A stretch of DNA of 64,000 nucleotides from an uncultured Hyphomicrobiaceae bacterium (GCA_947258705.1 CAMYJA010000002.1:10263-74262); one strand, 5' to 3'. Counted from the stretch's first letter, positions 1 through 9,973 are shown. The notes: generated by a model not told the origin, from the sequence alone. Program-made: numbers and translations.

Positions 1-2
1 TG

Positions 3-362
3 GTGCAGGACATGTCGCCCAACGTCGCAGCGCTGGAAAAAGCGGCGGCGGACGGTTATTCGACCGCTACGGATCTGGCGGACTGGCTGGTGCGGGTGTT
101 GGGACTGCCGTTTCGCGATGCCCATCACGTCACCGGCGAGATCGTCGCAATCGCGGAAAAACGCGGTCTGGCCCTTGACGGTGTGCCCTTATCGGTGATG
201 CAGGAGATCGAATCCCGGATTACCAAAGACGTTTTTTCCGTCCTGAGCGTGAAAAATTCGGTGATGAGCCGTAAGAGTTATGGTGGAACTGCGCCACAGA
301 ACGTACGAAAAATGGCTCAAAAATGGATAAAGCGTTTGGAAAAGCGCATTCAGGCAGGCTAA
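3..362 (+). CDS. argH: Argininosuccinate lyase, C-terminal fragment (5' end lies outside the window)
   Basis: The ORF is open to the left edge. The translation (..[39 protein letters not shown]..) matches the conserved ArgH C-terminus. It is followed by a small lipoprotein gene and lysA, as in many proteobacteria. Confidence 0.9.
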   Translation: MQDMSPNVAALEKAAADGYSTATDLADWLVRVLGLPFRDAHHVTGEIVAIAEKRGLALDGVPLSVMQEIESRITKDVFSVLSVKNSVMSRKSYGGTAPQNVRKMAQKWIKRLEKRIQAG

Positions 363-439
363 AAGGGTGCTTGAAGATGTGTCTGGCCGGTTGATGCCGA
401 CCAGAGTGGATTATTGTTCCCTGACCGGGGTGGAGAGAC

Positions 440-616
440 ATGAGTAAAATACTACGTCTCGTTACAATTCTGGGTATGACCGCGTTCGGCGTCGCCGGGT
501 GCGGCGTCAAGGGTGCGCTTGAGGCGCCGCCGGAAGCAAAGCAGGCTGATTCTGCGCCCGGACCGGATGGCAAAAAACCGCACAAGCCTTATGTTCTTGA
601 TGGTTTGATCCGGTAA
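440..616 (+). CDS. lptM: Small lipoprotein, LptM/YifL-like (58 aa, below the ORF-track size cutoff)
   Basis: My own translation is MSKILRLVTILGMTAFGVAGCGVKGALEAPPEAKQADSAPGPDGKKPHKPYVLDGLIR*. It has a lipobox VAG|C followed by a CGxKGxL signature. GGAGAG lies just upstream of the ATG. The gene sits between argH and lysA. Confidence 0.65.
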   Translation: MSKILRLVTILGMTAFGVAGCGVKGALEAPPEAKQADSAPGPDGKKPHKPYVLDGLIR

Positions 617-631
617 TTATAGAGCCCTTCC

Positions 632-1909
632 ATGCGACATTTTGAATATAGCAACGGTGTTCTTCACGCCGAGGACGTCGATATTGCACGTCTTGCGGAG
701 GAGGTCGGTACGCCGTTTTACTGCTACTCGACGGCAACGCTCACGCGTCATTACAATGTGTTTTCTGCCGCGTTCGAGGGTATGGACGCCCATGTCTTTT
801 ACGCCATGAAGGCGAATTCCAATCAGGCCGTGATCAAAACGCTCGCGCGGCTGGGCGCGGGTATGGATGTGGTGTCGGAGGGTGAAATACGCCGAGCCCT
901 GGCCGCGGGCGTCCCACCAGGTAAAATCATATTCGCAGGGGTCGGCAAGACGCGCGATGAAATCGCATTTGCGCTCGACGCCGGCATTTTCGGCTTCAAT
1001 GTCGAATCCGAACCTGAAATGATCGCAATCAGTGAAATTGCCTGCTCAAAGGGTGTTGCCGCCAATGTGGCGCTGCGGATCAATCCGGACGTCGATCCGA
1101 AGACGCATGCAAAAATTTCGACCGGCAGGGCCGAGAACAAATTCGGCATTCCCTTCGACGATGCGGTGCGGCTTTATGATCATGCGCGCGATCTCGTCGG
1201 CATCGAGGCACGCGGTATTCACATGCATATCGGCAGCCAGATCACCGATGTCGCGCCATTTCGCGATGCTTTCATGCTGATGCGCGAATTGACGGGAACG
1301 CTCCGGGCGGAAGGCCATAGCATTGAACATCTGGATCTGGGGGGCGGTTTGGGCGTGCCTTATATCGGCAGCGATGCTGCGCCGCCGCTTCCCGACGAAT
1401 ATGCAGGCGTCGTCCGTGAGACGGTTGGAGATCTCGGTTGTTCGGTGATGTTCGAGCCGGGCCGGATGATTGCCGGGAATGCGGGGATTCTCGTCACCCG
1501 GGTTATTTATGTGAAAGAGGGGACGGACCGGCGCTTCGTCATTGTCGACGGGGCGATGAACGATCTCATTCGTCCGACGCTTTATGAAGCAGATCATGAG
1601 GTCCTGCCGGTCTCAAAGCCCGAGGACGAGGCCGGAAAGCCGATGCAAAAGGCCGATATTGTCGGGCCGGTTTGCGAGACCGGGGATTATTTCGCCGTGG
1701 GACGGGAAATGCCCGAACTCAAGGAGGGCGACCTTCTCGCCATTATGACGGCTGGCGCTTACGGTGCTGTTCAGTCGGGCACATATAATTCACGGCTTCT
1801 CGTGCCGGAGGTGCTTGTTGACGGCGCCAAACACGCCATTGTGCGGCCACGGCCGGGCTATAACGATCTCATCGGGCTCGATGTAATGCCGGATTGGCTT
1901 GAAGATTAG
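632..1909 (+). CDS. lysA: Diaminopimelate decarboxylase
   Basis: 425-aa ORF with PLP-decarboxylase motifs YAMKANSN, HIGSQ, GGGLGV and CETGD. The argH-lysA context supports the call. Confidence 0.95.
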   Translation: MRHFEYSNGVLHAEDVDIARLAEEVGTPFYCYSTATLTRHYNVFSAAFEGMDAHVFYAMKANSNQAVIKTLARLGAGMDVVSEGEIRRALAAGVPPGKIIFAGVGKTRDEIAFALDAGIFGFNVESEPEMIAISEIACSKGVAANVALRINPDVDPKTHAKISTGRAENKFGIPFDDAVRLYDHARDLVGIEARGIHMHIGSQITDVAPFRDAFMLMRELTGTLRAEGHSIEHLDLGGGLGVPYIGSDAAPPLPDEYAGVVRETVGDLGCSVMFEPGRMIAGNAGILVTRVIYVKEGTDRRFVIVDGAMNDLIRPTLYEADHEVLPVSKPEDEAGKPMQKADIVGPVCETGDYFAVGREMPELKEGDLLAIMTAGAYGAVQSGTYNSRLLVPEVLVDGAKHAIVRPRPGYNDLIGLDVMPDWLED

Positions 1910-2057
1910 GTTCTGTCAGCTCGAACGGTTCTCACTCAATATTGCCCCCGCCCCGTTCACGCCCATATGAACTGTTATCAAATGTTTAGATATGGCATGA
2001 CCGGATCATCGCCTTAAGGTCAATAATCGGATATAGTTGTCCGAGAACTAACAACGA

Positions 2058-4751
2058 GTGATACACCGAAACATGGCTTTGGACGACAAACCAGCAGGCG
2101 ATGGATCCCGGCGTTCGCCGGAGGCGTCCCGGCTAGAGGCCAAGATACGGTTGAGTCGATGGGCCCTTTTGTTCGAGCAAATCTGGCCGCGATTGTGGCT
2201 GCCCATCGGCGTTGCCGGGATTTTTGTTGTCGTCTCACTCGGTGGCTTGTGGGAGAATTTATCGGCCGAGGTTCATCGGCTGGTCTTCGGGCTTTTCGGC
2301 GTGGGGCTTCTTGCGTCATTTTTGCCGCTGATGCTTGTCAGATGGCCCGATCGCGAAACCGCGCTCAGGCGCATCGAACGGAATTCCGGCATTCCTCATC
2401 GTCCCGCATCCTCATATGAGGATCAATTGAGCTCGAATGCGAGCCCTGTTTCCTCGACGATCTGGACCGCGCACAAGAAACGACTGGCGGCATTGCTCGG
2501 CAGGCTGCGGGTCGGTGAGCCGCATCCGCGGGTTGACCGCTACGATCCGTTTGCATTGCGCGCGCTGCTTATGATCGGGATTGTCACGCTTCTCGTGATT
2601 ACCGGAGTCCGCGCCCCGGACCGGATTATGTCCGCTTTCACCGCGCCAAAGCCTGGCCTGGACGTTTTAGACATGCGGATCGACGCATGGGTAACGCCGC
2701 CTGCATACACGGAACGCGCACCGATCATGCTCAATGACGGCGCCAAAACCATCCGCTCCGATACGCACAGGGCCAAGGTCCTCGAGGTTCCCGAAAGAAG
2801 CCTCCTGACTATCCGGGTTGTGGGCCGCAGGGGGGCATCGCTGAATGTCGATGTTGCAAAAGGAAACGAGGCCGGGAAGCGGGTGAAATCGCATTCGGTC
2901 AATGAGGCCGGCGATCTGGCGGAATTTCGCATTACGGTTGACGAAACCATGACCGTGAAATTGAGCAAGGCCTCGGTTGAAGTCTTTAGCTGGAATTTCA
3001 AAGTCATTGCCGATGAGGATCCGGAAATTTCACTTGACGGCAAACCCGTGCTGAGCGTTCGCGGATCCCTGAAACTGAACTATAAAGCGCAGGACGATTA
3101 TGGCGTGAGTTCCGCGGAGGCGCAGTTCGCGCTGGCGGATGAAACGGTTGCAGGCAAGGTCGGCCCATCCGGCACCGGGCCGAAATCCGGTGCGAAGGGT
3201 GGGCCCGGCTCCAAGACGGAATCCACTGATCCTTATCGCGCCATTTTCGACGAGCCCCTGGGTTATCCGCTCAAGCTTGCCAAAAAGAATGCCAGGCAGA
3301 CCAAGGGCAACACTTTTAAAGAAGTTTCGTCGCACCCCTGGGCCGGACTTCGGGTGCGCCTGGTTTTGTCCGCAAAAGATCAGGCACAGCAGGTCGGCCG
3401 CTCCAAGCCGATCGAATTCATATTACCACAGCGCAAGTTCACCAAACCGATGGCCAAGGCGGTTGTCGAGCAACGGCGCAACCTCGTAAGAAACCCGCGC
3501 GATCACTGGCGCGTCTCGCGGGCGCTTGATGCATTGACGCTTGCGCCTGAGAAGTTCATTTCCGACAAGGTCGTCTATCTTGCGCTTAGAAGCGCATACT
3601 GGCAGCTTGCAAAAAAGCCTTCCCCGGAAAAAGTCAGATCGGTATTCGATCAGCTCTGGGAGATAGCGCTGCGTATCGAGGACGGCGACCTTTCAGGCGC
3701 GGAACGGGCGCTGAGGGCCGCCCAGGAGAAACTGATGCGCGCCCTGCAGGAAAACGCATCCAGTGAAGAATTAAACGAATTGATGAAGGAACTACGGCAG
3801 GCGCTTTCGCAGTTTCTACAATCGCTGGCGAGAAAACAGGCCGAGAACGGTGCGCGGCCTGAAAACGGCAGTGGCCAGACAAGGATGCTTACGGCCAAAG
3901 ACCTCGACCGCATGATGAAGAATATCGAGAAAATGCTGCGCTCGGGCTCGCGTGAATCGGCACAGCAGATGTTGAGTCAATTGCAGGAACTGCTCGAGCA
4001 AATGCAGACAGGGCGTTCGATGGCGGGTAATCAGGGTTCCCAGCAGATGATGCAGTCGGCGCAGGAACTTGGCGACCTTATCGGCAAGCAGCAGAAATTG
4101 CTCGACGATACTTTCCAGAGACGGCGTGGCTCCGGGCAGGGCCAGCAGGGTCGCGGCCAGCAGGGCCAGAGAGGCCAACAAGGTCAGGGAAGGCAGCAAG
4201 GCCAGGGAAACCAGCAAGGACAGGGAAACCAGCCAGGGCAAGGCGGGCAGCAAGGCCGACAATTCGGACAGGGTCGGCAAGGCGGTCAGGGTGGTCCGGG
4301 CAATTCGCTGACACAGCGGCAGGGCGACTTGCGCGATGCGCTTGACCGCCTGCTCGATGGAATGCGCAGCATGGGCATTCAGACACCCAGGGAGCTTCGC
4401 GGCGCCGGACAAGCCATGGGAAATGCCAAGCGTGCGCTGGATGGAAGTGAACTCGACCAGGCCACCCGGCAGCAGAGCCTGGCGCTTGACCGCCTGCGCA
4501 AGGGGACGCAGAACCTGGTCGAGCAGGCCCTTAAAGGCATGGCGCAACGCATGGGTCAAAATGGTCAGGACCCGCTCGGGCGCCCGCAACAAACCCAGGG
4601 GCCGGATCTCGGCACAACCGTCAAAATTCCCGAAGAGATCGATATTCAAAAAGCGCGGGAAATTCTCGAAGAACTCAGGCGCCGCATGAGCGATCCGTCC
4701 AGGCCGCCGATCGAACTCGATTATATCGAGAGGCTGTTGCGCAGGTTCTAG
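2058..4751 (+). CDS. Alphaproteobacterial TIGR02302/DUF4175-type membrane protein with a Gln/Gly low-complexity region
   Basis: It has N-terminal hydrophobic helices (WLPIGVAGIFVVVSLGGLW, LVFGLFGVGLLASFLPLML) and a long C-terminal region. That region contains QGQQGRGQQGQRGQQGQGRQQGQGNQQGQGNQPGQGGQQG. This fits the published description of the family. The start is GTG 2058 or ATG 2073. Confidence 0.75.
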   Translation: MIHRNMALDDKPAGDGSRRSPEASRLEAKIRLSRWALLFEQIWPRLWLPIGVAGIFVVVSLGGLWENLSAEVHRLVFGLFGVGLLASFLPLMLVRWPDRETALRRIERNSGIPHRPASSYEDQLSSNASPVSSTIWTAHKKRLAALLGRLRVGEPHPRVDRYDPFALRALLMIGIVTLLVITGVRAPDRIMSAFTAPKPGLDVLDMRIDAWVTPPAYTERAPIMLNDGAKTIRSDTHRAKVLEVPERSLLTIRVVGRRGASLNVDVAKGNEAGKRVKSHSVNEAGDLAEFRITVDETMTVKLSKASVEVFSWNFKVIADEDPEISLDGKPVLSVRGSLKLNYKAQDDYGVSSAEAQFALADETVAGKVGPSGTGPKSGAKGGPGSKTESTDPYRAIFDEPLGYPLKLAKKNARQTKGNTFKEVSSHPWAGLRVRLVLSAKDQAQQVGRSKPIEFILPQRKFTKPMAKAVVEQRRNLVRNPRDHWRVSRALDALTLAPEKFISDKVVYLALRSAYWQLAKKPSPEKVRSVFDQLWEIALRIEDGDLSGAERALRAAQEKLMRALQENASSEELNELMKELRQALSQFLQSLARKQAENGARPENGSGQTRMLTAKDLDRMMKNIEKMLRSGSRESAQQMLSQLQELLEQMQTGRSMAGNQGSQQMMQSAQELGDLIGKQQKLLDDTFQRRRGSGQGQQGRGQQGQRGQQGQGRQQGQGNQQGQGNQPGQGGQQGRQFGQGRQGGQGGPGNSLTQRQGDLRDALDRLLDGMRSMGIQTPRELRGAGQAMGNAKRALDGSELDQATRQQSLALDRLRKGTQNLVEQALKGMAQRMGQNGQDPLGRPQQTQGPDLGTTVKIPEEIDIQKAREILEELRRRMSDPSRPPIELDYIERLLRRF

Positions 4752-5305
4752 GTTTTTGACTCATCGGTGATCAGCCGCCCGACATAGGGCAGTTCACGGA
4801 ATTTGTGCGCGAGATCCATGCCATAGCCGATGACGAATACATCGGGGCAACTGAATGCGTAATAGTCCGCTTCAATATCGATCGCCCTTTTGATGTCCTT
4901 GTTGAGCAGAACGCAGGTCCGGACCTGGTTCGCGCCACGGGCGGTTATCAAATCCTTGGCAAAGGCAAGTGTCCGGCCGGATTCCAGAATATCGTCGATA
5001 ATCAGTATGTTGCGGTCCTTGATGATGCTGTCGATATCGCGAATTATCGTCACCTGCCCGGATGATTCTGTCCGTGCCCCGTAACTTGCGAGAGAAAGAA
5101 AATCCATTTCGGGATTCAGTCCGGCCTTATGCAGCGCGCGGATAAGGTCGGCCGCAAAAACAAAACTGCCCTTCAATATTGCAATGACGAGGAGGTCTTT
5201 AAGGTCCGCCGCGGCAATGTCATTGGCAAGGGATGCGATCCGTTGGTCGATCTCTTGTGCGCTAAAAAGCGTTTCGATCTTTCTGGATTGTTCGCCGTAG
5301 GCCAT
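4748..5305 (-). CDS. hpt: Hypoxanthine(-guanine) phosphoribosyltransferase
   Basis: 185 aa with the PRPP-binding loop NILIIDDILESGRT. The length is typical for the family. Confidence 0.9.
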   Translation of the reverse strand: MAYGEQSRKIETLFSAQEIDQRIASLANDIAAADLKDLLVIAILKGSFVFAADLIRALHKAGLNPEMDFLSLASYGARTESSGQVTIIRDIDSIIKDRNILIIDDILESGRTLAFAKDLITARGANQVRTCVLLNKDIKRAIDIEADYYAFSCPDVFVIGYGMDLAHKFRELPYVGRLITDESKT

Positions 5306-5362
5306 GCGCGCCCTTTCAACCGGGACAAGATTGTTTCAACTTTTCCAACGGGAATATACTTA

Positions 5363-6388
5363 TCAGGGGCGCGTTGAGAACCGTAATTTTACCTGCCGGA
5401 CCAAGTCGGTTGGCGCCGGTATGTTTGCGTTGAAGGGTGCTGTCTTTCCGGGCGCGAGCTTGTCCTGTTCGGCTCGCGTCGCCCAGAGGAAGAGTACCAG
5501 GCCGTCCCTGTCGCGCAGCTCAACGATGACGGTCGGCACCTTCAACGTCTCCTCGGTGACATTATGAACGCGACCGTTGAGGATCAGGGTCGGACGACCA
5601 TCGTCGCTTGCATGCTCGTATTTAACATCGCGAATGACCAGGCCGCGTGAATTAGTCGCTATCCCGAACGCGTCATACAATCCGACTGTGACCGGCAATG
5701 TCCTTGCCACTTTATTTGGCATGGAGAATGCGATGATCGCGAGGCCGGCAATTGCCGCCAGCACGGCAATCCAGGAATAGAGCGCAATCCTCGACCGGCT
5801 CCCTTTCGGTTGGGGCGTCTTCGCGGCGCCGGATGCAATGCCGCCGATCGCTTCGTTGATTTGGTTACCGACGCTGGTCGGGTCTGAACGTTCGGGACCG
5901 ATGCTATGACCGTTCGACGTCGTCAGCCCGGAGGCATCGGTGCCATTGGCCGAGGCCGGCTTTTTCTCGGTTGCCGGCTCGAGCGGTTCCGTATTCGTTG
6001 GCGTATCATCCTTATTGTCGATGTAGATTTCATCATGGACCTCGTCGAAAAGACGATCGCTGTGAATATCCTTGTTTTCTTCGATTATTTCCTCAGAATC
6101 GAACTCGTTCGACGACATTGCCGGGAAATCGTTTTTCTCGGCCTTAGCTTGGTCATTTTCTGTTGTGATTATCTCCGGTGAACCGGGGCTGTCCGGTTGA
6201 GTAATCTTATCAAGACTTGAATCAGGCGGATTTTCATTGGATTGTAATGCGGGTGTCTCAGGACCATCGACGGGAGGCGCTGCGAGCCAGACATGACTGC
6301 ATTCCGCGCAGCGCACATTCATGCCTTCGGCGGGCAGCGTGTCGCCAACTTCATAATGTATGTGGCATTGGGGACATTCGATAATCAT
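5363..6388 (-). CDS. MJ0042-type zinc-ribbon membrane protein (DUF3426-like C-terminus)
   Basis: The N-terminus MIIECPQCHIHYEV..VRCAECSHVW carries two CxxC pairs. An acidic/Pro-rich linker and a single TM helix (IALYSWIAVLAAIAGLAIIAF) follow. Confidence 0.75.
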   Translation of the reverse strand: MIIECPQCHIHYEVGDTLPAEGMNVRCAECSHVWLAAPPVDGPETPALQSNENPPDSSLDKITQPDSPGSPEIITTENDQAKAEKNDFPAMSSNEFDSEEIIEENKDIHSDRLFDEVHDEIYIDNKDDTPTNTEPLEPATEKKPASANGTDASGLTTSNGHSIGPERSDPTSVGNQINEAIGGIASGAAKTPQPKGSRSRIALYSWIAVLAAIAGLAIIAFSMPNKVARTLPVTVGLYDAFGIATNSRGLVIRDVKYEHASDDGRPTLILNGRVHNVTEETLKVPTVIVELRDRDGLVLFLWATRAEQDKLAPGKTAPFNANIPAPTDLVRQVKLRFSTRP

Positions 6389-6647
6389 AAGTGGTGAGAC
6401 GTCCTCGTCGGCTTCGTCAGTTCAGCATCTGCCTCAGTCTAGTTGTAATAATGGAAGAAGTAAGTTCTTTCACATAATTTCTGAGTTGTTATATCAGCCC
6501 TAGCCTTTCACAGCTCCAACACGGGTGACAATCTATGATCTCGATGCAAAGGTATATTATTGCAATCATTGATAGATTCAGATCAATTTATCAGCAATTC
6601 GTATTTTGTACTATGGTTTCACCGGCAAGACCCAGGGGATTATTTCT

Positions 6648-7304
6648 TTGATTCGCATGCAACACGCAGGGCTTCATTATGGTCACGGCCCGGAGATATT
6701 AAGTGATGTTGATTTTCACCTCAGGCCGGGTTCGTTTCATTTCCTGACCGGTCCGTCGGGGGCCGGTAAAACCTCGCTTCTCAGAATATTGTTCATGTCG
6801 CTGCATCCGACGGCCGGGCGGGTCGATCTTTTCGGGCAGGACGTCACGCGGGTAACTCCGGCACGCCGGGCGCAAATCAGACGGCGTATCGGCATCGTTT
6901 TTCAGGACTTCAGGCTGCTCGATCATTTGACGACCTGGGAAAATGTCGCCCTGCCCCTCAGGGTGGTCGGGAAGAATGTCTCGGAATATCGCGAAGACGT
7001 CACCGATCTTCTGCAATGGGTGGGGCTGGGCGAGCGGATGCATGCCTTTCCACCGCTGTTGTCGGGTGGCGAGAAGCAAAGGGCGGCCATTGCGCGGGCG
7101 GTGATCGGCAAACCCGAACTCCTTCTTGCCGACGAGCCGACCGGTAACGTCGACCCGCAAATGGCCAGGCGGCTTCTGCGCCTTTTTATCGAGCTCAACC
7201 GGCTTGGGACATCCGTTATTATCGCAACTCATGATCATCAGTTAATGAAGCAGTTCAAAGCGCCTCGACTGGAGCTGGAGAATGGTCATGTCCGAATCGT
7301 TTGA
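6648..7304 (+). CDS. ftsE: Cell division ATP-binding protein FtsE
   Basis: It has Walker A GPSGAGKT, the ABC signature LSGGEKQR and Walker B LLLADEPT. The in-frame TTG at 6648 gives MIRMQHAGLHYG.., which looks like a typical FtsE N-terminus. The track ORF begins earlier, at 6606. Confidence 0.9.
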   Translation: MIRMQHAGLHYGHGPEILSDVDFHLRPGSFHFLTGPSGAGKTSLLRILFMSLHPTAGRVDLFGQDVTRVTPARRAQIRRRIGIVFQDFRLLDHLTTWENVALPLRVVGKNVSEYREDVTDLLQWVGLGERMHAFPPLLSGGEKQRAAIARAVIGKPELLLADEPTGNVDPQMARRLLRLFIELNRLGTSVIIATHDHQLMKQFKAPRLELENGHVRIV

Positions 7305-8316
7305 ACGCTCGCGCCCGCCGGGTGCCACCAGCCAGGGGGTGCCACGACGAAAAAGAAAAAAGCGATCGCCGGACCTTGTCGCTCCGGCGCGGCCGGAGCG
7401 AACGGCGGCGGAATCGGCCTCGGCGCCGATTGTGCAGGCCGGTTCGGTTACCGGACAGTCATTGACGCTGGTGATTTCCATTATGTGCTTTTTTGCCTGC
7501 CTTACTTCGGGCGCTGTGTACATGGTCAATCAGTCGGCTGCTGCATGGCTCAGGGATGTGGCCAGCGAGGTCAGCATCCAGGTCTCGCCTGTTGAAAATA
7601 TCGACACGGACAAGCAGGTGACTGAGGTTGCTCTCTTTCTCGCCAAACAGGAAGGTATCGAGGGCGTGCGGACATTGTCGGTGAAGGAATCGAACAAGCT
7701 GCTGGAACCATGGCTTGGCAGCATGGATGTTCTGGACACCTTGCCCGTTCCGAGGCTCATCGCCCTTGAGCTCAATCGAAGATCTCCACCAGATTTTGAC
7801 AGGCTGCGGGCCCGGCTGAAGAAAAAATTCGCCAATGTCACGCTAGACGATCACCGGCATTGGCAAACGCAGATCCGTACCGTGACACGGTCCATGGCGA
7901 TGGGGGGCTTGGCCATTCTTTTGCTGGTCGGCGCCGCGACGACGGCCATCATCGTTTCCGCAACGCGCAGCGCCATGGCGTCGAACAGGGAGATCGTCGA
8001 AGTGCTTCATTTTGTCGGCGCCACTGACCGGTTTATCGCGCGCGAATTCGAGAAACATTTTCTGACGCTCGGTATTCGCGCCGGATTGGTCGGTGCCGTG
8101 TTCGCCATGGGCGCTTTTTTCCTGATGCCCTTGATGACCGATTTTCTCGGTGGCGGATCGGTGACGGAATCGGAAGTGCGGCGATTGTTCGGATCGGGCG
8201 CGCTGGATTTGCCGGGTTATATCCTGTTGGGAATCGTTGTCGTCGTTATCGCTGCGTTGTGCATGCTGACATCGAGATATGGTGTGTTTCGGATTTTGCA
8301 CAGCCAAAGTGACTAA
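7282..8316 (+). CDS. ftsX: Cell division permease-like protein FtsX
   Basis: 344 aa, overlapping the ftsE 3' end by 23 nt. It has one TM helix after a basic N-terminus, a periplasmic domain and three C-terminal TM helices. Confidence 0.85.
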   Translation: MVMSESFERSRPPGATSQGVPRRKRKKRSPDLVAPARPERTAAESASAPIVQAGSVTGQSLTLVISIMCFFACLTSGAVYMVNQSAAAWLRDVASEVSIQVSPVENIDTDKQVTEVALFLAKQEGIEGVRTLSVKESNKLLEPWLGSMDVLDTLPVPRLIALELNRRSPPDFDRLRARLKKKFANVTLDDHRHWQTQIRTVTRSMAMGGLAILLLVGAATTAIIVSATRSAMASNREIVEVLHFVGATDRFIAREFEKHFLTLGIRAGLVGAVFAMGAFFLMPLMTDFLGGGSVTESEVRRLFGSGALDLPGYILLGIVVVVIAALCMLTSRYGVFRILHSQSD

Positions 8317-8530
8317 AAAAGCCACATTCCTAGCCGTTTAACCGTGTTTGTTCGCAAAGTTCAAAATTCTGACTATTCGCGGGGCTATTAAATCAGATAG
8401 TCTGGATGTAGAAGTGGTGTCGCATGGTCAATGTGGGCCAATCGTTTGTATAAGTTTTGTTCGGGACGACGCTCCTAAGGCGCAGCGGCCGACAGCTTGT
8501 TCGGTGTAAGTTAATCGGTCACTGGATGTT

Positions 8531-9199
8531 TTGTTTGACAGGTCAATGCAGATGAGAAGATCGTTGAAAATTCTCATGCGCGGTATGTGGCTCTTTGCAG
8601 CCGCGCTTCTGCTCGGGTTTTTTGCCTTCGCCAATCTGATCGATCGATCCCCGACGCGGTCGGCGGAACGGGCCGATGCGATTGTCGTCCTTACCGGCGG
8701 ACAGAACCGTATCTCCGAGGCGATGAAGCTGCTCGCGCGCGAGCGGGCCGGCCGTGTGCTTATCTCCGGCGTCAACAAGCAAACGTCGAAACGCGCTCTC
8801 AGCCGTTTGATGCCAAAATATGAGCGCCTGTTTAATTGCTGCGTCGATGTCGGTTACAAGGCGCGCGATACCATCGGTAATGCGGAGGAGATCGGTGACT
8901 GGGCACGCTCCAGAAAATATAAATCACTGATCGTGGTGACGGCGAGCTATCACATGCCGCGCAGTATCGCGGAGCTCAAACGCGTTGCCCCCGACGTGCA
9001 TATTATCACCCATCCGGTCGTGACCAGGAATTTCAAAATTCAGACCTGGTGGTCTCACCCCGTGACAGCCCGGTTATTGGTGACGGAATATGCCAAGTTT
9101 CTCGGCACGATGAGCCGGCTTGCCTATACGCGGCTCCAGGGGAACAACGGCACCGGGTCCCCGGCCATAGCCAATACCGCAAGCCCGATACGCTTTTAA
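8531..9199 (+). CDS. YdcF/ElyC-like DUF218 protein
   Basis: An N-terminal TM helix is followed by IVVLTGGQNRI..VLISGV and VVTASYHMPRS, motifs typical of DUF218. Confidence 0.75.
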   Translation: MFDRSMQMRRSLKILMRGMWLFAAALLLGFFAFANLIDRSPTRSAERADAIVVLTGGQNRISEAMKLLARERAGRVLISGVNKQTSKRALSRLMPKYERLFNCCVDVGYKARDTIGNAEEIGDWARSRKYKSLIVVTASYHMPRSIAELKRVAPDVHIITHPVVTRNFKIQTWWSHPVTARLLVTEYAKFLGTMSRLAYTRLQGNNGTGSPAIANTASPIRF

Positions 9200-9217
9200 G
9201 GGCGGGCCGCGGATCCC

Positions 9218-9964
9218 ATGATCAGGTCTGTCATCTTCAATCTGGCGTTTTATGTCACGACAGCGCTCTTTGTGATTGTCGGCAGCCCGCTTCTTTTCGG
9301 TCCGCGCTCATGGGCCATGGCTGGCCTCAAGGCGCACGCCATTACCTGCCTTACCCTTCAACGCCTGATTGTGGGAACGGATGTGGAAATCCGTGGCCGC
9401 TCCAATCTTCCCGACGGCCCGCTGCTGATCGCGGCGAAACATCAGTCTGCCTGGGATACATTCGCTCTCATTCCCCTGTTCAGCGATCCTGCTCTGATCA
9501 TGAAGGCGGAGCTCAGACATATCCCCTTTTACGGCTGGTTTTCGCGCAAGTTCGAGATGATATTCGTTGCCCGGTCCAGCGGTCCGTCCGCGCTCAGGAA
9601 AATGGTGCGCGACGCGCGCGAGTGCGCGACGGCTGGGCGGCAGATCATTATCTTTCCCGAGGGCACGCGGCGCGCGCCGGACGACGAACCCGACTATAAG
9701 CCGGGCGTTCTCCTTCTCTATGAAGGCCTCGATATTCCCTGCGTGCCCGTGGCGCTCAATTCGGGCCTCTTCTGGCCGCGGCGAAAATTCATGCGCTATC
9801 CAGGAACGATCGTGGTCGAATTTCTCGATCCCCTGCAACCGGGCCTGCCGCGCAACGAATTCAAGGAGCAGCTCGAAAAGGCCATAGAACAAGGCACGGC
9901 GGCGCTTGTTGAAGAAGCACGGGGACGGGGCGAAGGCGGGCCTCCGCAGGCTAGAACAAAATAA
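9218..9964 (+). CDS. plsC: 1-acyl-sn-glycerol-3-phosphate acyltransferase
   Basis: It carries the HX4D motif (KHQSAWD) and the FPEGTR motif. An N-terminal TM helix is present. Confidence 0.85.
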   Translation: MIRSVIFNLAFYVTTALFVIVGSPLLFGPRSWAMAGLKAHAITCLTLQRLIVGTDVEIRGRSNLPDGPLLIAAKHQSAWDTFALIPLFSDPALIMKAELRHIPFYGWFSRKFEMIFVARSSGPSALRKMVRDARECATAGRQIIIFPEGTRRAPDDEPDYKPGVLLLYEGLDIPCVPVALNSGLFWPRRKFMRYPGTIVVEFLDPLQPGLPRNEFKEQLEKAIEQGTAALVEEARGRGEGGPPQARTK

Positions 9965-9973
9965 GAACATTTC

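Noticed and set aside
3816-4649. A 277-aa minus-strand ORF lies inside the TIGR02302-type gene.
   Set aside because: It is a mirror of the low-complexity Q/G region and reads as L/A/S/P repeats. It has no start context and is fully nested antisense.
9049-9699. A 216-aa plus-strand ORF bridges the DUF218 gene and plsC.
   Set aside because: It is out of frame relative to both well-supported genes, and its translation is Arg/Gly/Pro/Ser-rich. It is a frame artefact, not evidence of a frameshifted pseudogene.
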